A stretch of 37,461 bases of DNA from a virus (lineage: Duplodnaviria > Heunggongvirae > Uroviricota > Caudoviricetes). Positions 28,679-37,461 of the stretch are shown piece by piece; positions within the stretch are counted from its first letter, which is position 1; each line of letters begins with the position of its first letter. The notes below the pieces were generated by a model that did no database searches, was not told the origin of the DNA, and worked only from the letters and a program-made list of their open reading frames with translations. Where the stretch lies: the IMG/VR virus record IMGVR_UViG_2875703104_000006; one strand, given 5' to 3'. A program made the translations under genes and the position numbers.

Positions 28679-28971
28679 TGAGCCACCTCCTGATAAATCA
28701 CTGCATGCCCCAGTTTCTCCGCCAGTGCCAGCTCTGCCTTAGCGCCCGCTGACCGCTGCCAGCCATTCAGCATGTAAATCGCATCCACACAACGAATCAT
28801 TGCCATGCAAATATCCATGTAGTGCGGCTGTGTCAGCCCGTCCGGAAGTACTGCCGGGTTTAAGACGGTATGCCCTTCCCGTTTCAGTTCCTCTTCCGCC
28901 TTGTGAAACGCCTCACGGTTGAAATTTTCATATCCCGTCATTGGACCGGCAATATAAACTCTGACCCTCAC
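28675..28971 (-). CDS. DUF4406-like small protein (nucleoside 2-deoxyribosyltransferase-like fold)
   Basis: VYIAGPMTGYENFNREAF motif; GTG start at 28969-28971 preceded by AGGAGG preferred over the overlapping ATG at 29040. Confidence 0.4.
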   Translation of the reverse strand: MRVRVYIAGPMTGYENFNREAFHKAEEELKREGHTVLNPAVLPDGLTQPHYMDICMAMIRCVDAIYMLNGWQRSAGAKAELALAEKLGHAVIYQEVAQ

Positions 28972-29360
28972 TCCATCACCTCCTGAAAGTTTCCCCGATA
29001 GAACGCCAGCACACGCTGCATAACTTCGCTCTGGCGGCACTCACGACAAATTATGTTCTGCCGTCTGTTGTAACGACGTATTTCTCCGTCAGGTAACTTT
29101 CGAATCAGTGTCGGGTCAGCAGCCTTCTCCGGTGTCTTACGCCATACGCGATACGCCTGCTCTGATGGAAATACCCCGCAACCAGAGAGCCAGACATCAC
29201 CACTGGCCGCAAGCGCACCAGATAAACGACGAATAGCGGTCTTACTGACACCCGTTTTATCTGCCAGTTGTCGAAAAGTTTCTCGTCCGCTCAGGCGCAC
29301 GAATTCCACAATGCGCGCCTTCACTTCTTCCCGCTCTTCTGGTGTAAATACTTTTGCCAT
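28968..29360 (-). CDS. Hypothetical protein with probable HTH (130 aa from MAKVFTPEE)
   Basis: ATG at 29358-29360; ADKTGVSKTAIRRL HTH-like segment. Confidence 0.4.
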   Translation of the reverse strand: MAKVFTPEEREEVKARIVEFVRLSGRETFRQLADKTGVSKTAIRRLSGALAASGDVWLSGCGVFPSEQAYRVWRKTPEKAADPTLIRKLPDGEIRRYNRRQNIICRECRQSEVMQRVLAFYRGNFQEVME

Positions 29361-29375
29361 AAGCGCCTCCGGCAA

Positions 29376-30164
29376 TCACTTTTCCGATACAACACGGCGG
29401 GAAGAATCAGTAATCTGTCGAACAATATCCCGGTGCTTGTTCACCTCCCGCAGCGCGGCGCAGACTCGCTCCCACTTCTGAACATCACTTTTCGCCCTGC
29501 GCAGCGCCAGGTTTGCCCTGCGAAGGGACGGAAAAATCAGCTCATCTGCTTGCGTTTCGGTAAACGATGGCAACGGCTGCACAATGTCCGCCACAGTTTC
29601 TGTTTTAATTTCTTCCTGTGTTGCGGCTTCCCGGACTGGTAACGCAGCACCTGCTGGCTGAGGAAAGGCCTTACCATCACTTTCCGTTACCAGCGCGGCT
29701 TTCGGCTCTGCTGGTAAATTATCGCCCGGCATGCAGTAACGAAATTTACCGTTCTGATTAACGCGTGCCAGCCGCCCCGTTGCGGTTACCACCGCCAGCG
29801 TGGAGGCAACCTTGCGAGTACTGACGCCGAACTTACCCGCCAGTTCCTCACACGTTTTAGCACCATCCTGACCGATAAACTCAATCATCATGTCTGCGGT
29901 AACTTTTTGTTCGACCTCCCCGGTCAGCATATCCTGTGCTTCAGATTTTACTGGCCGCTCTTCGGTTACCCGGGATTCACCTTCGCCAGCCAGAAACCAG
30001 GTGTGACCAGTTTTATCAACGACGCCATTTCTTTTGAGTTCCCACAGCTCGTTGAGAACCTCTTCACGACTGATATCAAGTCGCGCGGCCAGTTCTACCG
30101 ATGTGGCTTTTCCCATTGCTTTCAGTGCGTCAAATACGGTTTCCATTAAAATTTCCTCCGACAA
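29376..30164 (-). CDS. Hypothetical protein with two winged-helix-like N-terminal segments (262 aa)
   Basis: ORF between the replication genes and nin-type ORFs. Confidence 0.45.
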   Translation of the reverse strand: MSEEILMETVFDALKAMGKATSVELAARLDISREEVLNELWELKRNGVVDKTGHTWFLAGEGESRVTEERPVKSEAQDMLTGEVEQKVTADMMIEFIGQDGAKTCEELAGKFGVSTRKVASTLAVVTATGRLARVNQNGKFRYCMPGDNLPAEPKAALVTESDGKAFPQPAGAALPVREAATQEEIKTETVADIVQPLPSFTETQADELIFPSLRRANLALRRAKSDVQKWERVCAALREVNKHRDIVRQITDSSRRVVSEK

Positions 30165-30179
30165 AATCGTTTCTCAGAT

Positions 30180-30845
30180 TCAAATAAAACCAGCTGCCTT
30201 CCGGCGTTCGTATTCCTGTTTCAGCCGTTCAATTGGCGTTGGCCCTTGCGGGTGTTTCGCCCCTTCCAGTTGTCGTCGCACTGGCGGAACACTCATCCCG
30301 TTACCAACATGCTTTGCCCATTTCGTCAGTTGCCGTTCCGCAAGTCGTTTTAACTCACCCTGCGTCATCTGGCGCTCAATCCCTCTGGTACGCATTTCGA
30401 GGCAGATGTGGTACAGCACAGGCTGAGGCCACGGATATTTGTCGCTTCCGTCATATCGCCAGGACTCATCACGCCAGCGGCGGTACTCCTCCATCACAGC
30501 ATCCACCGTCAGGCCAAATGGATTGGCCCCGCTTTCTGAAATCAGCGCCACAAACTCAGCCAGGTCCGGAGGCCATGTTTCACCCGCCCGGCAGCGGTCC
30601 ATGCACTGGCGGCAGACCTGTCGGATTTGCTGCTCAGTCATCGCGCCAATCTGTGCAATCCAGAGCTTCGAAGGTGCGGCCCCGTTCTTCTGGGTCCAGC
30701 GGTTCGAATAAACCTCCCCCATGAGTTCCCACAGCTTCCAGACCGTTTCCGTCGCTGATAAATCCGTTTTCACGTTCCCACTGCTCACGTGCTGCCCGAA
30801 TTTCCTGAACTGCCCGTGATGCGGTGCCACCTGGTGCTGCTGCAT
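30180..30845 (-). CDS. Replication protein P-like (helicase loader family); true start probably internal
   Basis: C-terminal two-thirds align by eye with lambda P (YPWPQPVLYHICLEMRTRG...TQGELKRLAERQLTKW vs lambda ESYPWKSNAHYWLVTNLYQNMRAN...). Track start overlaps the O-like gene by about 210 nt. Confidence 0.55.
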   Translation of the reverse strand: MQQHQVAPHHGQFRKFGQHVSSGNVKTDLSATETVWKLWELMGEVYSNRWTQKNGAAPSKLWIAQIGAMTEQQIRQVCRQCMDRCRAGETWPPDLAEFVALISESGANPFGLTVDAVMEEYRRWRDESWRYDGSDKYPWPQPVLYHICLEMRTRGIERQMTQGELKRLAERQLTKWAKHVGNGMSVPPVRRQLEGAKHPQGPTPIERLKQEYERRKAAGFI

Positions 30846-31674
30846 GGTTTACCCCCTTGCTGACTGGCTTAACCTGCGCCCTGACGTGATTTACGTGACG
30901 GGCGAATTTCTGCTCCCACTGAACCTGCGTGAAAACTTTCCCCTCCGCTGCCCAGTAGTCCCGGAAAGCGGCAAGTTCAGCAGGTGTAAATTCCGGCTCC
31001 GGCAAAGCCATCCCCCACAACGCAGCCCGTCGTCGAAAATCCGGCGACGGATGCCAGTCATCGACCATCGGAAATTTCCCGATGGGTTCGCTCAGTCCAT
31101 CCAGGGATGCAGGTTCTGCTGCCTGCAACGGCGTACCACTCGACTCACTGGTCGGAGCACTCTCGCGCACGTGCGCGTTATGTGTGGGGTTTAATTCTTT
31201 ATCTGTATCTTTATCTGTCGTGACTCGTCGTGACATGTCGTGACATATGCGTGACTCGTCGTGACACCCCTCATTCTGTTTTCGTAATTTTTCCCTCTCG
31301 CGCTGCGCTCTCTTGCGCTCTGCCGGGGATTTCGCGGTTTGTGAAACGTTGCCATTGTCCTCTTTCAGTACCTGGCGTTTTTCCCATCCGGTGATTAAAT
31401 CTCCATCAAGTACCCGCCCCTGCATTGCCTGTAAAATTGAATCAATTACTTCTTCCGTCACATCAAGCGCACTTGCTAAATCTTCCGTCGTGACATCAAT
31501 GTGACCACGTAGTGACACGCCGTGACATGTCGTGACATTTCGTGACGCGCTCACCAGAAGGTGGATATACACTGCCATCACTGTTGCAATTGGCTGCCCT
31601 GACACCCTGGCAATTGTTCGCCACTTAGGGTCATTTGGCATGTCATGCCATAATCTGAGCCAGGCGTTAGCCAT
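30634..31674 (-). CDS. Replication initiator (O-like; DUF1376/YdaU-like N-terminus, DnaT-like C-terminal region) containing two iteron clusters
   Basis: N-terminus MANAWLRLWHDMPNDPKW; ATG at 31672-31674 preferred; 5' end lies inside a 151-bp duplication artifact (N at 31711), so the exact start is uncertain. Confidence 0.6.
   Translation of the reverse strand: MANAWLRLWHDMPNDPKWRTIARVSGQPIATVMAVYIHLLVSASRNVTTCHGVSLRGHIDVTTEDLASALDVTEEVIDSILQAMQGRVLDGDLITGWEKRQVLKEDNGNVSQTAKSPAERKRAQREREKLRKQNEGCHDESRICHDMSRRVTTDKDTDKELNPTHNAHVRESAPTSESSGTPLQAAEPASLDGLSEPIGKFPMVDDWHPSPDFRRRAALWGMALPEPEFTPAELAAFRDYWAAEGKVFTQVQWEQKFARHVNHVRAQVKPVSKGVNHAAAPGGTASRAVQEIRAAREQWERENGFISDGNGLEAVGTHGGGLFEPLDPEERGRTFEALDCTDWRDD
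31217..31264. repeat. Iteron cluster 1: five GTCGTGAC-type repeats at about 10-bp spacing (candidate ori)
   Basis: Repeats begin at 31217, 31227, 31237, 31249, 31257. Confidence 0.6.
31487..31546. repeat. Iteron cluster 2: six (C)GTGAC(A) repeats at 10-11-bp spacing
   Basis: GTGAC at 31490, 31501, 31512, 31522, 31532, 31542. Confidence 0.6.
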
Positions 31675-31898
31675 ACTCACCTCTTCTGATACCGAATCTT
31701 TTTACTCACAANGGTGGATATACACTGCCATCACTGTTGCAATTGGCTGCCCTGACACCCTGGCAATTGTTCGCCACTTAGGGTCATTTGGCATGTCATG
31801 CCATAATCTGAGCCAGGCGTTAGCCATACTCACCTCTTCTGATACCGAATCTTTTTACTCACAAATTGCCGGAAGTGATCCGGTATGAATATTGCGAG

Positions 31899-32324
31899 TC
31901 AATGCACAGCCACAATATTTCCTGCAGGGCCACCACGATTCATCTGGTTGAAACCAGCGATCGCCACTGCGACAAAATCATCAGCGTCTCTCACCAGTCG
32001 TTCCCGCGTCTCCACCAGCTCCCGAAAATAAGCTGAACTGTGGCTGCGCATTCGGGCCACCAGCAGAGGCGGCATTGCTTTTTCGATCGCTGGTAACAAC
32101 GCCTGAATTTTTTTAACCGCATCAGGAGTGTCTTTCTCCACCCAGCGGAAAATTTTCTGGGTATTGCGAGCCAGGGCTTCCGGATGGCTGTCGTCATATA
32201 ATTCCGGGAACGTCATACCAAGCTCAAAATAAGCCCGGGTTATTTCAGCTGCCGGAACTTTTTCACCGTCCGGATGCGCCCAGGCATTCATCGCCATGCG
32301 GATGTGCTCATGCCTGATTTTCAT
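31899..32324 (-). CDS. YdaT-like protein (Rac prophage early-right gene family)
   Basis: 141-aa ORF directly downstream of the Cro-like gene with overlapping stop/start; assignment by synteny and recall. Confidence 0.45.
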   Translation of the reverse strand: MKIRHEHIRMAMNAWAHPDGEKVPAAEITRAYFELGMTFPELYDDSHPEALARNTQKIFRWVEKDTPDAVKKIQALLPAIEKAMPPLLVARMRSHSSAYFRELVETRERLVRDADDFVAVAIAGFNQMNRGGPAGNIVAVH

Positions 32325-32583
32325 GAATCAACTCCGATGCATTTGGTGTGTTAGCCTTGAATCCAACAGGTAAGCCGTCGGTTGGATTCGGGTAAATATC
32401 AGGCCGGAGTTCATGAGGTGTAACCTCGAAATTCGTTACTTCAGCAACACGTAATGCTTTTTCAGGGCTGAATCTTTCATAGCCCCCCAGCACTCGACTT
32501 ACATGCACCTGAGATAAACCCGTTAGCTTCCCAAACTGTAGCTGGGTGATATGTTTCTCTTTTAAATAGTCTCTTAAGTTCAT
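32308..32583 (-). CDS. Cro/YdaS-like HTH regulator
   Basis: MNLRDYLKEKHITQLQFGKLTGLSQVHVSRVLGG: HTH; divergent from the repressor gene. Confidence 0.6.
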   Translation of the reverse strand: MNLRDYLKEKHITQLQFGKLTGLSQVHVSRVLGGYERFSPEKALRVAEVTNFEVTPHELRPDIYPNPTDGLPVGFKANTPNASELIHENQA

Positions 32584-32690
32584 AGCCAACCTTCTACGTT
32601 ATGCCTCGAGCAAATATTAGCCCCGCTAATTTTAAAGATCAATAGCCAGACTATCTTTGATAATATTGGTAAAACAAATAAACTCTATGT
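32584..32690. promoter_or_regulatory. Divergent promoter/operator region of the immunity switch; palindrome ATTAGC-ccc-GCTAAT at 32616-32630
   Basis: 107-bp AT-rich intergenic region between divergently oriented repressor and cro-like genes; inverted repeat seen directly. Confidence 0.5.
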
Positions 32691-33152
32691 ATGAAAAAAA
32701 CACGCGAAGTGATTGCAACTCCAGAAGCGAGCAAGAATTTAAAAGCCGCATGGAATGCAAGAAAAAAAGAGCTGAAGCTGACTCAAGAGCTGGCGGCTGA
32801 GTTGTTGGGATTCGAATCTCAAGGCACCGTTAGCCAGTATCTGAACGGCAAGATACCGGTAAATACCGACGCTGCGCTAAAATTTGCGGCTCTGTTAAAG
32901 GTAAAACCAGAGGACATTCGAGAAGACCTTAAAGACTTAATGAATTATGTAAGATCATCAGATACTTATGATGATAACTTTTCAGGCAAAGGATGGAGGC
33001 TGGTCAATGAAGAACAGGCAGAGTTACTTAACCTCTTCGAGATTCTACCTGCGTCAGAAAAAGCCAAACTCCTTAACCAGCTACGTGGACTAAACAAGCT
33101 CTACGAGGAAGCCTTCGAGAACATGCTGGCACTAAAGAAACGTAACCAGTAG
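32691..33152 (+). CDS. Prophage repressor (XRE-family HTH, RacR-like)
   Basis: HTH LTQELAAELLGFESQGTVSQYLNGK; position and orientation of a cI analog. Confidence 0.7.
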   Translation: MKKTREVIATPEASKNLKAAWNARKKELKLTQELAAELLGFESQGTVSQYLNGKIPVNTDAALKFAALLKVKPEDIREDLKDLMNYVRSSDTYDDNFSGKGWRLVNEEQAELLNLFEILPASEKAKLLNQLRGLNKLYEEAFENMLALKKRNQ

Positions 33153-33405
33153 CCACCGCTCACTACCCCATCCACAACAAAAAAACCGACGTCTTAGTCG
33201 GTTTTTTTGTGCCATAACTTCTGCAAATCAGCTGTATAACTAATATTTTTCCCTTGAAAAAACATTTACATAGTTACCAAATCAAAAATATCATACGCCA
33301 TACTGTTGACTTAAAATATCCGCGTTACTAATATTTCTATCAAGAACAGCACGGCGCTGTAGGTTTTAGTTCCGCCACCCGGCGTTAAGGGGAAATGAGG
33401 TCAGC

Positions 33406-33561
33406 ATGGATACTATCGAGCTTGGCAACAACGAATCTCTGGTGTACGGCGTGTTTCCCAACCAGGACGGCACATTCACCGCGATGACGTATACCAAAAG
33501 CAAAACGTTTAAAACCGAAAATGGTGCCCGTCGCTGGCTGGAAAGAAACTCAGGTGAGTGA
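33406..33561 (+). CDS. Small early-left protein (51 aa)
   Basis: MDTIELGNNESLVYGVFPNQDGTFTAMTYTKSKTFKTENGARRWLERNSGE; SD GGGGAAATGAGG upstream. Confidence 0.45.
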   Translation: MDTIELGNNESLVYGVFPNQDGTFTAMTYTKSKTFKTENGARRWLERNSGE

Positions 33562-33562
33562 T

Positions 33563-33691
33563 ATGGATTTCGACACAATCATGGAAAAGGCTTACGAAGA
33601 ATACTTCGATGGTCTTGCCGAAGGCGAAGAAGCTCTCAGCTTCAGTGAATTTAAACAGGCGCTTTCCAGTTCGGGAAAATCTAACGGCTGA
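33563..33691 (+). CDS. Small early-left protein (42 aa)
   Basis: MDFDTIMEKAYEEYFDGLAEGEEALSFSEFKQALSSSGKSNG; starts 1 nt after the previous stop. Confidence 0.35.
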   Translation: MDFDTIMEKAYEEYFDGLAEGEEALSFSEFKQALSSSGKSNG

Positions 33692-33720
33692 TAAGCGAAA
33701 CAGCACCGCGAGGAATCAGT

Positions 33721-33960
33721 ATGCAGAAACGAGAACCCGTCATCATCGCGCCAGACTATACCGATGATGAACTTTATGAGTGGATGCGCCAGAAAATTAA
33801 TGCAGTGCAGGATCTGAAATGGGCCAATGAAGCCAGGACTAAGCAGGCTGAAAATCTGTCCGCTCTGGAGCAGGATATCACCAGGCTGGAAAAAAGCAGC
33901 GGCATTAAGCATTGCCAGAATGGTTACATACCCACGTTAATAGCTAACCAACGAGGCTAA
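33721..33960 (+). CDS. Hypothetical early-left protein (79 aa)
   Basis: ORF with SD. Confidence 0.4.
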   Translation: MQKREPVIIAPDYTDDELYEWMRQKINAVQDLKWANEARTKQAENLSALEQDITRLEKSSGIKHCQNGYIPTLIANQRG

Positions 33961-33962
33961 TA

Positions 33963-34283
33963 ATGGAATTTAAAGATTTACCAATGCCATTCCAGGAAAT
34001 GGCAGCGAATATAGTTCGTTCCCAACTGGCGACTCTTGACCTGAGTACCGTAGAAAAAGAAACCATCGATACTATATCCGGTAACGTGCGTCGTGCCTTT
34101 ATCGGTCTGTACGAAGAGAAGCTGCTCTCTGATAACCAGGATTTACATGAAAAATACTTCCTGGATCTAATGGACATCATTGATAAGGGGTTTGGCTTGT
34201 TAATGAAAACGAAAGGGATTCGAATAGAACCCCTTGAAAATTACTTTGCAACAAAAAGCATTAATTCTTTTGATTCAAAATAA
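33963..34283 (+). CDS. Hypothetical early-left protein (106 aa)
   Basis: ORF starting 3 nt after the previous stop. Confidence 0.4.
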   Translation: MEFKDLPMPFQEMAANIVRSQLATLDLSTVEKETIDTISGNVRRAFIGLYEEKLLSDNQDLHEKYFLDLMDIIDKGFGLLMKTKGIRIEPLENYFATKSINSFDSK

Positions 34284-34536
34284 GAGAATTAATTACAGAC
34301 TTAACATGCTCTTTCTCATGATTGAAGCTCTCATGATTGAAAGTGCCGGGTTGAAGCGAGTCGATATAATCAACAAGACTCTGTCGTACGACTTCATTTT
34401 TATCCATAACAGATGCAAGAAATGAAATTGCTAAAAGAGTTATATCACTACGCGCCGCAGCATGCTGCAATGCTTTATCAAAATTATTAATCTGGCGTAT
34501 CAGGGAGTTAATGATTTCATCATTTTCAGTCGACAT
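34261..34536 (-). CDS. Hypothetical 91-aa protein encoded opposite to the surrounding operon (moron-like)
   Basis: ATG at 34534-34536 preceded by strong SD AGGAGGG; AT-rich; convergent 3' overlap with the 33963-34283 gene. Confidence 0.5.
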   Translation of the reverse strand: MSTENDEIINSLIRQINNFDKALQHAAARSDITLLAISFLASVMDKNEVVRQSLVDYIDSLQPGTFNHESFNHEKEHVKSVINSLILNQKN

Positions 34537-34695
34537 TTCACCCTCCTGAGGGTTGGTGATTAAGGAGTTCTCCACGGGTGAGGTGGAGTGCGTGCGCCGG
34601 ACACGGGTGAGCATCCGGCACTGACAGTTTACTGAAAGGATATTTCCCTGAAAAGTCAGACCATAACGCGAAAGCGCTCGGCGAGGTAGCTGGTT

Positions 34696-34955
34696 CATAG
34701 ATAGCCTGTCGTTAAATTTTCGTCGACCGTGCGCTTCCGGTTGTGGCAATCCGCGAAATGGCGCGGCGGTAAGTATGGCGGGGTTATTCCTTCCCCCGTT
34801 GAGGACACCGGGTTGTCAGGTTGACCATAGATAGCCTGTCGTTAAATTTTCGTCGACCGTGCGCTTCCGGTTGTGGCAATCCGCGAAATGGCGCGGCGGT
34901 AAGTATGGCGGGGTTATTCCTTCCCCCGTTGAGGACACCGGGTTGTCAGGTTGAC
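34696..34955. repeat. Exact tandem duplication of a 130-bp GC-rich noncoding unit (probably artifact)
   Basis: Units 34696-34825 and 34826-34955 identical. Confidence 0.6.
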
Positions 34956-35228
34956 CATACGCTTAAGTGACAACCCCGCTGCAACGCCCTCTGTTATCAA
35001 TTTTCTGGTGACGTTTGGCGGTATCAGTTTTACTCCGTGACTGCTCTGCCGCCCTTTTTAAAGTGAATTTTGTGATGTGGTGAATGCGGCTGAGCGCACG
35101 CGGAACAGTTAAAACCAAAAACAGTGTTATGGGTGGATTCTCTGTATCCGGCGTTAATTGTTAACTGGTTAACGTCACCTGGAGGCACCAGGCACCGCAT
35201 CACAAAATTCATTGTTGAGGACGCGATA

Positions 35229-35417
35229 ATGGAAACGTTATTACCAAACGTTAATACGTCTGAAGGTTGTTTTGAAATTGGTGTCACTATCAGTAACCCT
35301 GTATTTACTGAAGATGCCATTAACAAGAGAAAACACGAACGGGAGTTATTAAATAAAATATGCATTCTTTCAATGCTGGCCCGTTTACGTCCGATACAAA
35401 AAGGATGTGCACAATGA
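35229..35417 (+). CDS. Small protein (62 aa)
   Basis: METLLPNVNTSEGCFEIG...; SD GAGGA; stop overlaps the next start (ATGA). Confidence 0.35.
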   Translation: METLLPNVNTSEGCFEIGVTISNPVFTEDAINKRKHERELLNKICILSMLARLRPIQKGCAQ

Positions 35418-35605
35418 ATACAGCATTTGCACTTGTTCTGACAGTTTTTCTTGTTTCCGGAGAGCCAGTTGATATTGCAGTCAGTGTTCACAGGACAATG
35501 CAGGAGTGTGTGACTGCAGCAACCGAACAGAAAATTCCCGGTAACTGTTACCCGGTCGATAAAGTTATTCACCAGGATAATAACGAAATCCCGGCAGGTC
35601 TTTAA
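35414..35605 (+). CDS. Small protein with N-terminal signal-peptide-like segment (63 aa)
   Basis: MNTAFALVLTVFLVSGEPVDIAVSV...; SD AAGGA. Confidence 0.4.
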   Translation: MNTAFALVLTVFLVSGEPVDIAVSVHRTMQECVTAATEQKIPGNCYPVDKVIHQDNNEIPAGL

Positions 35606-35697
35606 AACAGTTCCGTAATAAATATCCGGTTTCATTCTTATATGCCAGCAATGGCAGGGATTTGTTCACCCTTAAATCTGTAATGAGGTAAAACAAA

Positions 35698-37461
35698 ATG
35701 AGTAAAGTCTTTATTTGCGCCGCCATTCCGGACGAACAGGCAATAAAGGAAGAAGGTGCAGTCGCTGTAGCCACTGCCATTGAAGCCGGTGATGAACGTC
35801 GCGCCCGCGCAAAATTTCACTGGCAATTCCTGGAACATTATCCGGCTGCTCAGGACTGCGCTTATAAATTTATTGTCTGTGAGGATAAACCCGGCATACC
35901 CCGCCCTGCCCTCGATTCCTGGGATGCTGAATATATGCAGGAAAACCGCTGGGATGAGGAGTCTGCTTCCTTTGTCCCGGTTGAGACTGAATCAGATCCG
36001 ATGAACGTCACTTTTGACAAGTTGGCCCCTGAAGTACAGAACGCTGTCATGGTTAAGTTCGACACATGTGAAAACATCACCGTTGATATGGTTATTAGCG
36101 CACAGGAATTGTTGCAGGAAGACATGGCAACATTCGACGGACATATCGTTGAAGCGTTGATGAAAATGCCAGAAGTTAACGCCATGTATCCGGAGCTTAA
36201 GCTGCATGCCATCGGGTGGGTTAAGCATAAATGTAAGCCTGGTGCCAAATGGCCCGAAATTCAGGCAGAGATGCGCATCTGGAAAAAACGTCGCGAAGGT
36301 GAACGCAAGGAAACCGGAAAATACACGTCTGTTGTTGATCTCGCCCGCGCCAGAACCAATCAACAGCACAGTGAAAATTCAACAGGAAAAATCAGCCCGG
36401 TCATTGCTGCCATTCATCGCGAATACAAGCAGACATGGAAAACACTGGATGACGAACTGGCCTACGCTCTCTGGCCTGGTGATGTGGATGCCGGAAACAT
36501 TGACGGCAGCATCCATCGCTGGGCAAAAAATGAAGTTATCGACAACGACCGCGAAGACTGGAAGCGTATCTCGGCATCAATGCGCAAACAGCCTGATGCC
36601 CTTCGCTACGACCGCCAGACTATTTTTGGCCTTGTCCGTGAACGTCCGATCGACATTCACAAAGACCCTGTGGCACTGAACAAATACATTACTGAATACC
36701 TGACTACAAAGGGCGTGTTTGAAGATGAAGGAAGAAATCAGAGCGCAACTGATACTCTCTCGTCGCCAGTACCAGAAACTGATGCAGTGGAAACGGCAAT
36801 GCCGGACAACGAAAAAACCGAATGCGAAGTGGAAGACGAACCATCTGTAGAGCGTGAGGGACCGTTCTACTTCCTTTTCACCGATAAGGACGGCGAAAAA
36901 TACGGTCGCGCAAACAAACTTTCTGGTCTGGAAAAAGCACTGGCCCTGGGAGCTACGGAAATCACAAAAGAGGAATACTTCGCACGTAAAAACGGCACGT
37001 ACTCTGGTTCACAACAAAATACTGGTGCATCTGACACGATCGCACAACCAGAGCCGGTAAAAGTTACCGCTGACGAAGTAAACAAAATTATGCAGGCAGC
37101 CAATATCAGCCAGCCTGACGCCAATAAGTTGCTTGCTGTATCACGTGGTGAATTTGTTGCAGGGATTAGCGACCCGAATGATCCGAAATGGGTGAAGGGG
37201 ATTGAAACCCGCGATTCAGTGAATCAGAACCAGCAAGAAACGGAACAGAACGGCCAGAAAGCGGAACAAAACAGCCCAAATGCGTTACAAAACGAGCCAG
37301 AAACGAAACAGCCTGAACCAGTGGCGCAACAGGAAGTGGAAAAAGTCTGCACCGCCTGCGGTCAGACCGGCGGCGGCAACTGCCCTGATTGTGGCGCGGT
37401 GATGGGCGACGCAACATACCAGGAAACATTCGATGAAGAGTATCAGGTTGAAGTTCAGGAA
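35698..37461 (+). CDS. recE: RecE-like exonuclease VIII, N-terminal region (3' end beyond window)
   Basis: ATG at 35698 with SD GAGG; segment LLAVSRGEFVAGISDPNDPKWVKGIETRDSVNQNQQETE resembles Rac RecE as recalled; acidic low-complexity linkers. Frame read by eye and not listed in the supplied track; it appears open to the window end. Confidence 0.55.
   Translation, partial: MSKVFICAAIPDEQAIKEEGAVAVATAIEAGDERRARAKFHWQFLEHYPAAQDCAYKFIVCEDKPGIPRPALDSWDAEYMQENRWDEESASFVPVETESDPMNVTFDKLAPEVQNAVMVKFDTCENITVDMVISAQELLQEDMATFDGHIVEALMKMPEVNAMYPELKLHAIGWVKHKCKPGAKWPEIQAEMRIWKKRREGERKETGKYTSVVDLARARTNQQHSENSTGKISPVIAAIHREYKQTWKTLDDELAYALWPGDVDAGNIDGSIHRWAKNEVIDNDREDWKRISASMRKQPDALRYDRQTIFGLVRERPIDIHKDPVALNKYITEYLTTKGVFEDEGRNQSATDTLSSPVPETDAVETAMPDNEKTECEVEDEPSVEREGPFYFLFTDKDGEKYGRANKLSGLEKALALGATEITKEEYFARKNGTYSGSQQNTGASDTIAQPEPVKVTADEVNKIMQAANISQPDANKLLAVSRGEFVAGISDPNDPKWVKGIETRDSVNQNQQETEQNGQKAEQNSPNALQNEPETKQPEPVAQQEVEKVCTACGQTGGGNCPDCGAVMGDATYQETFDEEYQVEVQE

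Larger units (their letters stand above)
1..37461. mobile_element. Partial mosaic lambdoid prophage (Rac-like early region, 21/933W-like late regulatory and lysis modules, lambda-like J/stf tail genes)
   Basis: Dense co-oriented phage gene set: repressor/cro switch, O/P-like replication genes with iterons, RusA, Q, tRNAs, pinholin/SAR endolysin/Rz-Rz1, J, Stf. No integrase or att site in window. Confidence 0.9.

Noticed and set aside
31532-31888. 118-aa plus-strand ORF
   Set aside because: Created by the 151-bp duplication artifact; antisense to the 5' end of the O-like gene.
35030-35635. 201-aa minus-strand ORF
   Set aside because: Cys-rich low-complexity translation with no SD; it lies antisense to two SD-preceded, translationally coupled plus-strand small genes.
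1-37461. Integrase and attachment site
   Set aside because: No tyrosine or serine recombinase ORF or tRNA-flanked att repeat found; the window is internal to the prophage.

Overview
This window is a mosaic lambdoid prophage region of Escherichia coli type, carried almost entirely on the minus strand. Reading from high to low coordinates it runs: a Rac-like early-left arm (RecE-like gene, small ORFs), an immunity switch (XRE repressor divergent from a Cro/YdaS-like gene and YdaT-like gene), a replication module with iterons inside the O-like gene plus a lambda-P-like gene, a nin-type region of small ORFs that holds a hok-type toxin and a terminator-bracketed low-GC two-gene cassette (unknown 216-aa protein plus an HTH-ImmA/IrrE metallopeptidase fusion), then DUF968-like and RusA genes, antiterminator Q with a PR'-type promoter and terminator, a DNA methyltransferase, three tRNAs, a TerB-like gene and a NanS-p-like esterase. 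A second, decayed copy of the Q-tRNA-cargo-nanS module follows, then a pinholin / 297-aa unknown / SAR-endolysin / Rz-Rz1 lysis cassette, a truncated nmpC porin remnant, and finally a second pinholin whose downstream SAR-endolysin start is fused in frame to tail gene J, followed by stf and a small coupled gene. No integrase, attachment site, CRISPR array, IS element or Shiga toxin gene is visible. The sequence is draft quality: scattered single Ns, and at least nine exact tandem duplications of about 129-151 bp, five of them separated by 21-N runs, so several junctions and frameshifts may be technical. Protein family calls rest on recalled similarity to known phage proteins, not on any search. 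The most interesting candidate for an undescribed system is the two-gene cassette at 23079-24813.
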